Source: Oculina patagonica (lineage: Eukaryota). Taken from it: 64,000 bases of DNA. The notes beneath the pieces were generated by a model. That model had not been told where the DNA came from and did not search any database. It saw only the letters and a list, made by a program, of their open reading frames with translations. Made by a program: the position numbers and the translations under genes. Below, piece after piece: positions 23,901 to 36,672 of this stretch. The DNA lies in contig NC_135766.1 of NCBI RefSeq assembly GCF_052425735.1, positions 28,396,001 through 28,460,000 of the forward strand. Reading direction: 5' to 3'. The stretch's first letter is position 1. Each line of letters opens with the position of its first letter.

Positions 23901-26900
23901 CTACACAAGCCACTCTTCACTGAACATGGCTCTGTGAAGTTTACAAACACAAACCCACCAACAGATGATAACAACAACGCTTACTGTGAGGTAAAGTTAC
24001 AAAATTAATGTACTTTGGGTAACAAAATACTTCTAGATACAGAAACATTAATTTATATTTTAATTGTCCCCGCCTTAATTAACGATCATTTTGTGAGCGA
24101 TTTGAAACGAGGATAACGGTTCAGACGACTGATTATAATTGCATGCAGGAAACATTTCCATTCTTAAGCTCCTCTGGATTTTTTTCTGTCATTACCTCTT
24201 TCCCCGAAGCCTCAAAACAATCATTTTTTTGTTGTTGAATAGACTATTGTATCTTACCTATTAAGGAGGAAGTCTGAGGGTTAAATAGGATAGGGAGGGT
24301 ATTGCGGCGTTTGGGCAAAAGAGAGGTGAGGTGTTTGGGGGGCGGGGGGGGGGGGGGGGTTAAACAGTAGAGTGTTTATGGCATTTCGTTGTTATCTACA
24401 GTTTGTGCCGTTTACACGAAGTTATAACATTACACCATCAGTCCTGATATCAGCCAATCACAGCACAACGGCCAGCGGAAACTCGGCACCAGTTCACAAC
24501 GGTATTACTACGTGGATCGAGGTAAGTTGTCACATTGAAGAAAATCACTTTAATATCTCTTACTGAGAGACATAATATAACTTTTCTGTTATAAACCTGG
24601 CTTAGGGAAACGGCCATTTGATATCGACAATATAAATTATCAACAGAATAACATTGTCTTGATGAAAAGTCATGTTTCAATGAAATATATAGAAAAAAGC
24701 GATCAGGTCTAAGAGAGTTACAATGTAAGAACTGCTATTCCAAACTATCCAATAAGGTTGTAGATTTTGGAAACTACGCTTTGCAGGCTAAGAACTAATT
24801 TATTGTTGTTATTTTCGTAACTGCAGAAATCATGGTTTTGTTAATATTGTATGGCATTTGATTTGCAGAACATGAACGCTTCTGGATTTAGAGCCTGTGT
24901 TAAAGAGTTGTACGAGACCAGATATGACCCTGTGTCAGTGAATTATGCGGTCCTTACAGGTAAGTAAACACTGCATAACACGTGGTGATTTCGAATATAA
25001 TTGTTTGAAGACTGAAATCAAGAGAAATTACCATGTAAGGGTAGAAAATTCATTCTATCAGACGCACATTATGGAGATCTGTGGACTATTGGCTGTTATA
25101 ACCGATATTTACACAAAATAGCAAAACCGTAACAATGGACATATTACTAATAGTATGTTGCACACTTTACCGTTTCGAACTGTTTTAAGGAAATGACACA
25201 AATGAAACAGTTAAGCCTTTTAGATTTTTTAGCGCTGTTTGTTAATATACTAATAGCCCAAAAGTGGAAATATGAACTTTCGAAATACAACGAAAGAATT
25301 TAAGCAGACCTTAGAGTAGTCTCATTCAGAAGAAACTGAGTGCTAAAATACATTTGTTACTTGCGCAGATATTTGTGAACCTGGATGGAGTTATTTTAAC
25401 GGCTTCTGCTATTTCACGAGCGAAACCTGCACAAACTGGACCAATGCGCTATCAAAATGTCGGCAAGCAAACTCCGTTCTTGTTGATGTGAACAGCAATG
25501 AGGAAAATGTTTACATCCAACACAGACATAATGGCGAGAAATCGTGGCTGGGATTGAACGACAGATCAACAGAAGGTGACTTTACTTGGGCGGATGTTGG
25601 ACGGGCGAACTTTACAGCTTGGGCCAGAAACCAGCCTAATAATTTCAGAGGAGAAGATTGTCTGCACGCCCTTGGTTTGAAGTTGAACTACGAGTGGAAT
25701 GACGTGAAGTGTAGCGACTGTCATCAGTATACTTGTAAGAAAGGTAAGCTTTAAGTTTTTGTATCCCGTTGTTTACACAGATACGATAGAAATTAGGCCG
25801 AGCTGACATATATCCAAAATTCAACATTTAACGTCGAGAATCTTTAAAAATTGTCACTCAAATGCAGCTAATAGGAATTAAGATAATCCGCGTAACTAAC
25901 CGATGAAAACTGATAATCGATTAGCAACTCGATGAATCAATATTAATCGATAGTATTTGTAAATGCAGAATATTGAAACTTTTCGATAACCGACGATTAA
26001 ACAATAGTTACGCTTAGCTATTCTTCAATTACCTCCAAATGTTATTGACTGATATCGATGAACATCGATCGGTCGACATCGATTTCATTCACCATCGACA
26101 AAATGTCTAGCAATATTTAGTGATAACCACCTAGTTGGATATTTTCTTGCTGCTTCACCAAATTAATTTTCAGAAGAAAAAAAAGCTTAAAAAATATACA
26201 GACTTGTTGGTTGGTTACAGACTTGTTGGAGCTCGGATACTGGCAGGAAATAAAAATAATAATAAGGGCACTGACTAGTTCACCAAACCAAATCAACTGA
26301 ACCATGCAAGCCAAACCAAACCTAACCTAACCTAACGAAATCAAAATCAACCAAACCAGATAAAGAAAGGTTTAACTGAAAGTAATATAATTTACTCGAT
26401 TTTTAAACAGTTATCAATTAAGGGAGTAAAAATTATATCCCTAGACTAACTTATTATAAAATATAATTACCGCAACGACGTATGGAATCAAGTTATAAGG
26501 TTGTTCCGCAAAAAGTGTCATATAATGTACTGTCAATAATGTTGTACAAGTAGATAAACTGATGACTTCAGTGATATTTTACCTATCTATCCACCAGACT
26601 TAAATGAATGCCAGAGAGAGAAGAATTACTGTCACAAGCTGGCCACTTGCGCTAATGAGCGCGGTTCATACACGTGCACTTGTAACAATGGATACGTTGG
26701 AGATGGCTTTGATTGTTACCATAGTTACGCGGGTAAGATTTATTAATTAATAGTGAAAGCAGTTGATGAACAGTCCAAAGCCTTTTTGTTAAAGACATTT
26801 TCATTACAGCGCCTTGTTTTGACCCTTAAATTAGAATTCAGTTAAACTGAACAAAATCTTAATCTTATTGTTCTAGTGGAATTCTAACTACATTTTCTTC

Positions 26901-29097
26901 AAAAACAATTTTTTAAACAAGCCTTCTCGGGAATTGAGTTATTTATTAATATTTCTTAATTTCCGGCTTTGAAACTTCAGAGAAACGAAGCCATTTTGAT
27001 GACAGCTACGACGAGAAGCCACTGTACACAAATTGGTCACAGTGTTTAATAGCCCAGCCAATCAGATGGCAGCATTTGCATAAGCACAGTAAAAATATTC
27101 TACTAATTGTGAATCAGACGAGAGTGTTACTTTGGCCACTCTTTTGCTAGAAAAATCTTTGTTACGTTTAAACATAAGCGTGAAAGGGTGGCGACATTCG
27201 TAACGTAACGATAACAACATGTAATGGTGAGATAATGCATGTGCAAATTTACATATCAAGGCAGTGCACTGAACATTTAATTTTATCCTGACAAGCTTTA
27301 ATTTTATTGAAATTGTATGTTTGCTCCCATTTAGGTTTGGGATACTCAGCAATCCTAGCAAATGACGATAATTACTTGAGTACCCTAAGCAACTGGTTAA
27401 AACCTGTAACCCAAAGTAAATCTTCGTACTGGAATCGTTGCTACCGAGCAACCGTAAATGGTTGGTCTTCTGGAACGTTCCACTCAAACTGTGACGACCT
27501 GGGTCCTACTGTCACAATCGTTCGTGTAGGAAGGTACATATTTGGAGGATATACGAGTCTCTCATGGAGTAAGTAATATGAAATACTTTATCTCTTTTAA
27601 TTTTCAATTTAAGGAGCCACATATGTCAAATGTGCTCTATGTACGTGGAAATCGCTGTGTCTAAGGACTGGAAAGCCATATCAACCATAACTGATTTTCA
27701 CGGGGTTCTCTTTACCCTTGGAGAAAGGCTAGAAAACTCAGTTGAGAAAAATTCCTCCCACATGTCCCGGCTCTCGAACGGAAGTGAACTATCCAAATGA
27801 CCCATCTTAGTCTGCTCATCAGCTGTCAATTCAGTGACCCTTCCTTGCTATTTAAAAAAAAAACAACACTAATTACGGGGATCAAGACCCGCTTTATAGG
27901 TGATTGCGAAGGAAGGGGCCCCATGCAAAAGGTTTCGGCCCACCCCTAGATCCACCTCTAAAATGAAACTCACTTATATAGCAGTTATTAAAAGTTGTTC
28001 CTAAGCCGTACAACTGTAATCCTATTTTGTCCAAGCCTGTGAATACGGCCACTTCTTAAAGCGGCTGTATAAGCAGGATAATTATTTTGTTTTTGAAAGT
28101 TATTCGCTTTTGTGAATTAACTATACGCGTTGTGTCAAACAAGTGAAATTTATCGTATCTGCGCCAGTAGCTGGTTGGAGTTCAGCGGCACTCCTCTGTA
28201 CTCGAGTCAGCGGTGTTTATTGTTGTATAAAAGATTGCGGTTGTTCCTAGGCGACCGCCATCTTTGTTGTATCTAGTTCTTGTTACGAGGAGATTTCGCT
28301 TGTATTAAAGTTTACGCTTACGGATCATCGGGTCCTAGTGTGTTTATTCAAACTACTGGCGCTGAAAAAAATCAGACAATTTATTTACTAGGAGTGCAAT
28401 TGTATTCTTTGTCGACTGTCTTTAGAAAATTTACTCTGCACACGGAAACCAGGGTAGATGAGTTTCTGTATCTGACAGGTATGCTAATTCAAGGGGTCTG
28501 AAAGAGGTAAACCGCACCCCAAACAAACTTGCAATTATCTCTGGTTCTGTTATTCGAACGGTTAACATTACTATATGTCCTTGAGACAAAATTTCAGGGG
28601 AGCACGACACCGTACGATGTTCAGGAATTATGACGAAATGTGTTTCACCAATCTAATTAACCTTATAAAATTCGTTCGATTTGAAGCGGTCCAAAGTGTT
28701 ATTAAGCATCATATAAATGTATAACATATGTTCCACTGTGTTTTTCTATTTAGGCTACAATTGTATCGGATATCGGTACGATTCAGCAGCATTCCTGTTC
28801 TCACTTGTTAACAAGCCTGGTTGGCAACCACTAAAAATATACCAAACAGGACAGTATAGTTATCAAAAAAGTTACTCTATCTACACTTGCTTTTCATATG
28901 GACCAATATTTGGAGGAGGAAATGATTTCTTAATTGCAGACTACGCGTCGTCAAGCACAAATTCCCACTCAAACCTTGGTTACACATATGGCCCGCCATC
29001 TGGTTACAGCTATAAGTCCTCCTTCGCTGGTTCATTCCTGGCGGGTAGTTACAACTTTCAGCCTGACGAAGTGGAAGTCTTTTATGAAACTACGTGA
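11985..29097 (+). CDS. Gene B: secreted mosaic protein (6 H-type-lectin-like repeats, follistatin/Kazal, C-type lectin, Ca-binding EGF, TLDc), 1049 aa
   Basis: 17 exons, all GT-AG and phase-compatible, 3150 nt with no internal stop: 11985-12060, 18214-18359, 19131-19382, 19467-19631, 20166-20279, 20822-20947, 21029-21125, 21301-21519, 22652-23028, 23150-23317, 23880-23990, 24402-24521, 24869-24959, 25369-25743, 26598-26732, 27335-27568, 28754-29097. Exon 1 encodes signal peptide MNPASSSLSALLILVVFGNLSFAVK; its link across the 6.1-kb intron is the least certain. AATAAA at ~29141. Confidence 0.85.
15200..15360 (+). mobile_element. Fragment of a tRNA-containing interspersed retro-repeat
   Basis: GTAGCTCAG..GGTTAGAGCG..GGGTTCGATTCCCGTCGGGGA with flanks matching the inverted copy at 37135-37270. 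Confidence 0.65.
15361..17362. repeat. ~1.1-kb direct tandem duplication in intron 1 of gene B
   Basis: 15361-16270 aligns with 16467-17362. Sub-repeat ATCAGTCAC(T)TTTATGACCTTGACTA occurs at ~15430, 16031, 16539 and 17191. Confidence 0.85.
18214..21125 (+). CDS. Gene B exons 2-7: first triplet of H-type-lectin-like repeats
   Basis: Three ~95-105 aa repeats with pattern G.V...C..V.F...F...P.V.V...W(V/L)E.V...F.VC.RE...(N/D)W.AF. Confidence 0.7.
21301..21519 (+). CDS. Gene B exon 8: follistatin/Kazal domain
   Basis: PCLGVVCESFGVC...ARCVCNEDCPSYQDPVCTANGTTYDNKCLYELSFC...HPGSC is the 10-Cys follistatin pattern. Phase 1-1 exon. Confidence 0.9.
21555..22220 (+). mobile_element. 5'-truncated CR1/L2-type LINE 3' fragment in intron 8 of gene B
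   Basis: LEKVNERAIRFVFKDKNTPYRDLL...YNLRGQNILNLPNVQTTKHGLKSWRYFAPKL resembles a CR1/L2 ORF2 C-terminus. Followed by a 3' UTR with stem-loop and (ATTGT)n tail. Confidence 0.75.
22652..24959 (+). CDS. Gene B exons 9-13: second triplet of H-type-lectin-like repeats
   Basis: Repeats align with the first triplet (e.g. SFEVCLREFLVFDGKHQD vs SFKVCLRELQNFDGKHED) and share intron positions. Confidence 0.7.
23608..23840. repeat. Abundant short interspersed repeat (CCAATC-rich family)
   Basis: GAGTGTCGTAAAACCAAAGTAATTACT...TTCTGATTGG..GAAAAAGTGGCGCGAGATTTT. Related copies at ~45960-46170 (reverse) and 60088-60660. Confidence 0.7.
25369..25743 (+). CDS. Gene B exon 14: C-type lectin domain
   Basis: CEPGWSYFNGFCY...W..A..KC...ENVYI...WLGLND...W...QPNN...EDC...WNDVKC...YTCKK. 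Phase 1-1 exon. Confidence 0.92.
26598..26732 (+). CDS. Gene B exon 15: calcium-binding EGF domain
   Basis: DLNECQREKNYCHKLATCANERGSYTCTCNNGYVGDGFDC. Phase 1-1 exon not shown in the ORF track. Confidence 0.9.
27335..29097 (+). CDS. Gene B exons 16-17: C-terminal TLDc domain
   Basis: WNRCYRATVNGWS..FHSNCDDLGPTVTIV..IFGGYT / AFLFSL..GPIFGGGNDFLI..FLAGSYNFQPDEVEVFY. Intron at the same position as in gene A. Confidence 0.9.
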
Positions 29098-31310
29098 AGG
29101 AATCGCGGAGTTCGGAGTCTTAGCTTTACAGGCCATGCACAATAAAAATAAACTTTAAAAATTGGGATATCAGAAAACTTCATTTTGTTCTCATTATGTC
29201 AGTTCACATATTAGTATCATTTACACACGATATGCAAAAAAGAATCGAATTATTAATTACAATAATTATAGTAATTAGATCTAAAAGCTTCTGAAGGATG
29301 ATTGCAGCAAAGCAATTACCAGGAATTAAATTGAAATTATTGATTTTGTCGGGATGGCAGCGTTCTCGAACATAATGTTTATTTAGGTTAACAACAGAAA
29401 CCGGCTCGGATAACTTTATGGTGTCAGCCTGACTTAGTATTCAAACTGAGAAAAATCGGGAACAGATCTATCCAGTAATAAAACGACAAGAAATGATACC
29501 TTAAACTTGGAATGGGTGGCATATGGTTTAAAGGGGCGTAACTGGATTTTCTTTTTAACTTAGAATTCTTTCTCGAAAAGTGTATGCCCTGAGTACAAAG
29601 AGCGGCAATAAAAATACTAAAAAGAAAACACATTTTACACTAAACCAACTTTTTTTTAAAAATAAACATAACTTTTGACTGCCCGTTTGAAAGGGAGAGA
29701 TCTCATTACGAAGTTTTAAATTGAATTTAATTTGATTCTAATTTATCATGCCAAGAATGTAATGTGTAGGTTTCAAGCTGATTTTGCTGGTTTAGATTTT
29801 TAAGAAAAAATAGGCCGGTCAGATTATGATAGTTCTTGTGTAGTTGGGTACTGATCAGCATTTGTCATTAAATTGTGCTGTCTCACAAAATAATTACTTG
29901 CAGTTGTGTGACACAACGTTGTAAAAGTGTGAAATAATTAAATAGAGCAGGGTGAAAATAACGTGTTTCTTGTGCTTGTTTTTATCCCGTTCTTATCTCT
30001 GCTATGTCCCTGATTTAGAGTTACTGCACGGTATAACAGGGTTGCCACAGGCCAGAAAATGGCCAGGAAAAAAAATTATTGAAGGTTAGGGGAAGTCAGG
30101 AAATTTCAACATTTCGAATTAAGTAAAGGCCGAAAAAATTACAATTTTAACAACTTTGATTTTATCCCATTGTAGGCTGTAGGCTTGTGACCACTGCTAT
30201 AACTGTCCGTTTGCTTTTATTTAGTCAGGGAAAATCATTTGCTTTTTCTGTGAAAAGTCAGGGAATTTTGAAAACTGATGTCTTTGGTAGCCATGTATAA
30301 ATGAGAACGATGCGATGCAAGGGAACGTCCAAAATAAAAGCCAACTAAAGTGCACTTTCAAGTTGCGTCATCTGTGACAAAGCGCCGGTCACGCAATGGC
30401 ACGCAAGATAACAGTTAGCAAACTGCAACCAGTCTTAAGCCGGAACGCATACAATAATGTTGACATGTCTTTGTGACTGCCATGTTTTATAGTAAATGCT
30501 TTTAATCGTGGTTAATTTTAAACCCATTTACCTTATAGCGTATCACACCAAAACGCCTCAAAAAACCACACCCTTTGGCGACACTAATACTTGTAGAGAG
30601 TATAAACGGGAGTACTTCTTCAACCCCTGCCTCCCCCGACTTATGATAACTGACTACTGAAGCAGAATGAGTTCAATATCTATATCGGCTATCTCAATAT
30701 CTTGCAATATCTACAAAGCACATGTGGCGTTCGGTGCTCGAGCTTCAGCACGAGTACTGCCTGTGAGATACGTATTCACTAGAGTCTATGTAAATAGCGC
30801 CTTATATAAGTGAGGAACCATGTAATTTTGAGGGGAGAGGGGTGGGAAATTTTCTCAATAATTTTTGTTTTTCAGCATTGGTATTTGCAAGATTTTTTTT
30901 ACGAACATAACTCTATGCAAGATTTTTTTTGTACCATCCATGTTTATCAGGTGGGGCCTCGAATTTTTTTTCCGTGCTCGCCGGTGCACGATTTTTTTCT
31001 CCTACTTTTCATATAAAATCAGTTTTTTTCGTAATTGCCCCCTTGAACAATTAAATTGTCTGTTCCCAAGTCGACATTAGTCACGTTAGCCTCAGGCAGA
31101 AAAAAAAAATCCTTGTCACAACCGAAATAATTAAAAAAATTTCGGTCACGTTTTCCCAATTCCTCGGTTCATGTTTTGCTGAAGCGAAGATATTAAACAA
31201 CATTATTACTGCTACTACTCAGTTTCTTCGCGGTCATTTTTCTTCCTTTCTTTTTTCAAGGATATGCGAGAAAGACTAGTGCTCTCAGTCTAGTACATTT
31301 GCCTTTTTGG
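28547..31310 (+). repeat. Segmental duplication, copy 2 (last TLDc exon + 3' flank)
   Basis: Colinear with 7770-10440, with an extra ~200-bp segment near 30640-30830. Confidence 0.9.
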
Positions 31311-34300
31311 CTGTCGAGTCCTAGCGAGGCAACAGCCTTTTCTTTACAATAGCGAGTAAGAGCCAAATTAAGTCACAGGGAGCCCTCGCATCAGCTATAA
31401 GGATAAATAAAAATAAATTTTACCTTACCTATCGTCGCTTTTTTTGCTTAGCGGCCATTTTGAATTTTTAATACTCGGTCAAGCAGGTGGGAGGTCTGCA
31501 ATCGAGAAAGGTGTGGGGTCTGGGACGGTCGAAAACAGTTCGGAAATATTAATTCTCGGGACCACGTCCGATCACTTTGGGAGTGCTATATAGTGATAAG
31601 CATAAACTAAGAGTCTTCTCTCGGTTCCAGTCTTCTCGCTCCGGCTGGCCGCCTATAAATTATTCGGCTCCAGACCACCAACTTGCAGACCGCGTAAAAA
31701 GAACAAAGTGGCGACAAAAGCAGGTAAACTGTTATTTTTAATTATTTTCTTATCAGGTGTGAGGGCCCCTGTGTTTTGTCGGATGTAAGATCGGAGACAT
31801 GCGCAGTCGATGCAGTTTTTTTTTATATCCTGGGTAATCTGTATGCCATCCGGGGTAACCACTCTTTTGTGTTTGTGTACTTAAAATGTAGGTTTAAATA
31901 GACATGTGAGATATCGATCGATTTCGAGCAGGATTGGAAATCAAGGACACGATAAACTGTGGAAAGTATTCATCAAGGTCATGAACAGTTTAAGGATGAA
32001 TCTCGAGGAAGACAATAGATTTTTATTTGTTTGGCTGTTCTATTATGTGAGCATTTTTTGCCGATTCACGAATGGAGGTGCCAAGATATCGATCAGGTCC
32101 TTCTTCATGGAGATCATTTTTTCTCAGTGCATTCATCAGCAGTCAAGTGCCAGAAAAACATGTTTCCATTCGGAGTAAACTGCCGACTGCTGCTTGCTGG
32201 TCTCGGGAGAAAATAGAGGAAGGTGTGAAGCCAACCTGCTTTGTGTCTAAAGCGACTTCAGTACCATAGTTAAATCATTCAAGTTTTTTGGCTTCGGGCT
32301 CATGGACGCTGCCAAGATGGTGAGCCTAGCAAAGGGCTGGAAACCAGTACCTCCGCGGCTAAGACGTGAAATAAAAGGCGGCGATGAGAACAAGTAAGCG
32401 TAAGTATAGAAGAGGCAATCTTTAGTGAGTATATCTATATGTAGGGTCATCGATTTTGAAGGGACTGTGTCAAGGATTTTAGCCACATTTAGGCACGAGA
32501 AGTGAACATCAAGTTCGGCGAAATAAAAATAACCTTTGAAGGAACATTTCAATAACACGGCAAATACAAAAGAAGGTACGGATGGCAAAAGGGACGAAGA
32601 TTAATGGATTGGAATATGGGTTTTTTTCTAAAATTTGAAAATACAATATAATATAAAATAAATGGTGGAATAAAAAAGGACCAAATAGGAATTGCGCGAA
32701 CGGGAAAAGTTACCTGTGCAAGGCGCAACCCTAAAAACTAGTAAAAAATATAAAAAATTTAATAAAATTACAATAAAACTAATTAATTACTTATGGTTAA
32801 AAACAAGATGCAGATAATTTTAGCCAGCTAAAATTAAGAGCGGTGGCAAAGGCAGTTACGGGAGAGGAACCAGGTGCAGGGCATGTCAATATCATAGGTT
32901 TTGTCCGGTAAAGTAAAATAAGTGGCGGAGAAATTTTTAAGACTAGAAACTTTGCCTTGAGGGGCGAGATTACTGATAGTGTTCCACGGTTTTACAATGA
33001 AATGTTGCTGGGATAAACAGTTTTCAAAGTTAGTCTCGCTATGGTCTTATATTATACGTCATTTACCTTATTATAGGAAATTAACGCTTGTGTTAACTAA
33101 TAAGGTGTTTGAAATTAACGCGAATTGAAGGAAAAATTACTTCCAAATAAAGAAAATTAACGCGAAAGAGAGGGTAACATTTCAAAATGAAGGAAATTAA
33201 CACGACGTACACAATAGGAACAAGTTTATTTCAACACTTAAAAGCCTATAACCTTAAACGCGAACAATTTTTTCGGTACTTTTCCCAAACATAAAGGATG
33301 AGCGAAGGAATCTGACAACTTCGAGAGTCGTTTACAGTATCAGTGTTACCGGCAGATTTCGACTCTTATAAAATAATACTTTTTCCTAGGAGTCAAGAAC
33401 GTCTGGACTTTATCGACAAATTGGGGCCAAAATAATGGAAATTAAGGTCATGGAAAATAACGCTCCACTTAATTAACGGCACGAAAATCAACGCTAAGAA
33501 AAATTAAGGTAACTTAAATTAACGCGAAATATTTCCATTCGCGTTAATTTCATGAAGCGATAATTTCCTATAAGATCCAGAGAGGTCGATTTTCTACCGG
33601 AAATAGAAAATCGTCGTTTTAGAAAAGGGCCGGCAATTTTTATGTGACGCTGTGGGACCCGGACCTCTCCGGGTCCCACAGCGTACGTAATTTGGAGTTA
33701 GTGACAATATCTTCATGCCTTCCCCGCTAATGTATATTTTGTCTAACCAGCGCCATTTTAAAGTTGTGTGTGGTTTCACCTGTTACGTGTTATAAAATAA
33801 AAGCAAAAATTGCACTTTGGAGGATTCTTCTACGCTTCAGTATAGCACTCGGAACCAGAGAGACAACGATAAGAAAGGGAAATGGCTGGAGGTTACGGTG
33901 GTGAAAATTCCGTAGCGATTTGACCAATTTCACGAAAGATGTTTCGCTTCGGGTTAGATGCAGTCGATAACAGTTTCCAGCCTTGGGAGTACTTATTTAA
34001 TAAAGTACACGTGTTCAAAGTTTACGCAAAGCAATAACTCGTCGAAATTACTTCAAATTGACCTGATAAGATGGCAAACAAGAACGGACACGACATAGCA
34101 GCAGTGTAAGTCAATTTTTAGTAAGCGTTCGAGTTTATATATCTCAAAACAAATTTTTTTCCAAATCATAAATTGAGTCTCAGAGTACTGTGACTCTTAT
34201 CGTTAGCTTGAGCTTGATGTGGAAATAATTCGGTGGCGTTGCATAAGTAATGTTAATCGCGATCGCCTTTTATTTCGTGAATTGTAAGTTTCCACAAATT

Positions 34301-36672
34301 TACGTCTGTTAGGTGAAGTGCTTGGAAAGTAAATGTAATGGTAAACATTTAACGGCGCCATATTCGGTAAAACGAACCGTCTATTAGAGATAGGGTTTTC
34401 ATGAAACGTCTTTTAGTTTGACATAATTTTAAATAATGTTTACTCACTTGCTTGTTGTAACAATGGTCGAGTTTTGTGGTCTTGAAACTTGAATGTCAAC
34501 AAAAACTTTCTGAGCTTAAACAATTATCTTCCGTAAGGAAACAATTGACAAACCTGCTTTATTATTCCTTTTTCGTAATTTTAGTCTTTGTCGACATCTA
34601 TATTAAAATCGTAAAAATGTGAATGCTATTTTCATACTCAACATAGCTTTGAAATTGAGTTCCAAATGGTAAGAATGATTGTTGATATTTACGCGCTTTC
34701 TGGCTGTTGCACTTTTGTCGAAGCGGCCAGCTATTCCTTATTCTGCTAATGGCCACTCACAAAGATCATTCCCGAAAGCGGCCAGTCCCGCTTAAGGGCA
34801 CTTTTTTTGGCTTTCTTTGGGTGTCCACTTTCGTGGAGCTTTGATAGTATTTCAGTAAAAACAATGTCTCTAGACAGTGTCTAGTCACGAAACTTCAGTG
34901 TGGTTTCCATCATGCATGACCAATGCTCAGTCACCGAGAAATACTTTCTTTAAACAACCATTTTATTGCTTTAGCTAGAACACTTTTATGTCAGATTAAC
35001 AAAAGCGATCTTTTTTTCGCTTCGTGACTCGTAATGCCAAAAATTTTTGCATGCGTTATACGATACATTTACGATGGTTGTGTAAAGTATATAGAAGGTA
35101 AAGTAATGGTAAACATCTAATGGCGCCATATTAAAGCCATTCGATACAACGTTTCATCTATTAAAGAAAGTGTTTTCTTGTAATGTCACTTCATTTTACA
35201 TTTAAAAAGTGTTTACTCATTTGCATGTTGCAAAATGTCGCGTTTTGTGTTCTTGAAAAAGGAAATTTTCAGCAAAAGCATTCTTACCTTAAACAATTAT
35301 TTTCTCAGGTAACAAATGAAAAATCTGCTTTATTATCCTTCTTCGAATAGTCTTTGTCGTCTTATATTTTAAAACTGTAAAATTTGAGCGCTATTTTACT
35401 ACTCAAATTTTTTTAGCTCGCTGTTTTACTCATTTGCTTGGTGCAAAAATGGTTGAGTTTAGTGTTCTTGAAACTCGATTATCAATATGATAAGTCTAAA
35501 CTTAAACAGTATAGTGTTTGTCGTTTTTATATAAAAAATTATAAAGTTTGAGTGCAATTTCAATGCTTAATATTTCCCATGAACAATTGAGAATGATTGT
35601 TAACATTTACGCGCCATCTGGTTGTTGCACTTTTGTTGAAGCGGCCACATATCCCTCGCACTGCTAATGACTGCTTAGCAGTCGTAAGCGCTCAGACGCC
35701 ATTGACACTTTTTTACTTCCTGTGGGTGTCCGCATTCGGGAGCCTCGACAATATTTTCGAGTCCTAGGAAAACAATTTCTCTAGTCAGAGCGTCCTGTTT
35801 TTCTCATTTGCTTGGTACAAAAATGGTTGGGTTCTGTGTTCTTGAAATTTGATTATCGATACAATAAGCCTGAACTTAAACAGTGTTCTTTATTCATCAT
35901 TCGTATAGTGCTTGTCGTTTTTCATTTTTAAATTGTAAAGTTTAAATGAAAATTCAATGCTTTAAAATTTCCCTTGAACTTGAGTTCTAAATTGCGACTG
36001 TGATTGTTAACATTTACGCGCCTTCTGGCTGTTTCACTTTTGTTGAAGCGGTCACCTTTCCTTCATACTTCTAATGGCCGCTTCGTAAGCTGCAAGCCCG
36101 CACGGACACTTTTGTGCTTCCTGTGGGTGTCCGCATTCGGGAGCTTTGACAGTTTTTTCGAGTATTTTCTAAAAACCAATATCCCTAGTCAGGGTCTAGC
36201 TAGTGACGAGAATTTCCATCCTGACCAGAGTATTCACAGTTACCCAAAAGTATTTCTTTAAACAAGCAATTTAGAGGCCGTCTTTCTAAAAAACACCCAC
36301 TCAAATTATGCGTCAAAAATAATTTTGCCTGAAACTGTGGCAACTGAAAGACTCTACCAAGGCTAGAACTAAAACAGATTTGGTTTGATTCAAAATGATT
36401 TTCTGGCCGCGTTAGGATCCATTAAATATTTTCCCCCTTCAGTCCCACTGCCATGTCTTGAAAACGGGAAAAGTAGGCATTTTTCGAGCCGCTGTCAAAT
36501 ATTTTATTCGCATCGAATACCAACAACTTTTGTATCAATTTGTTCATAAACATTTCAAGTTTCTTAAGAAAGTAGGAATTTTTCTCTCGCTTTATCTGGA
36601 AATGCGAAATCAAGGATATAATGACTTCCACTGATCGACATCGAACGACGGTTGAAAAATGACCTTAATTTA

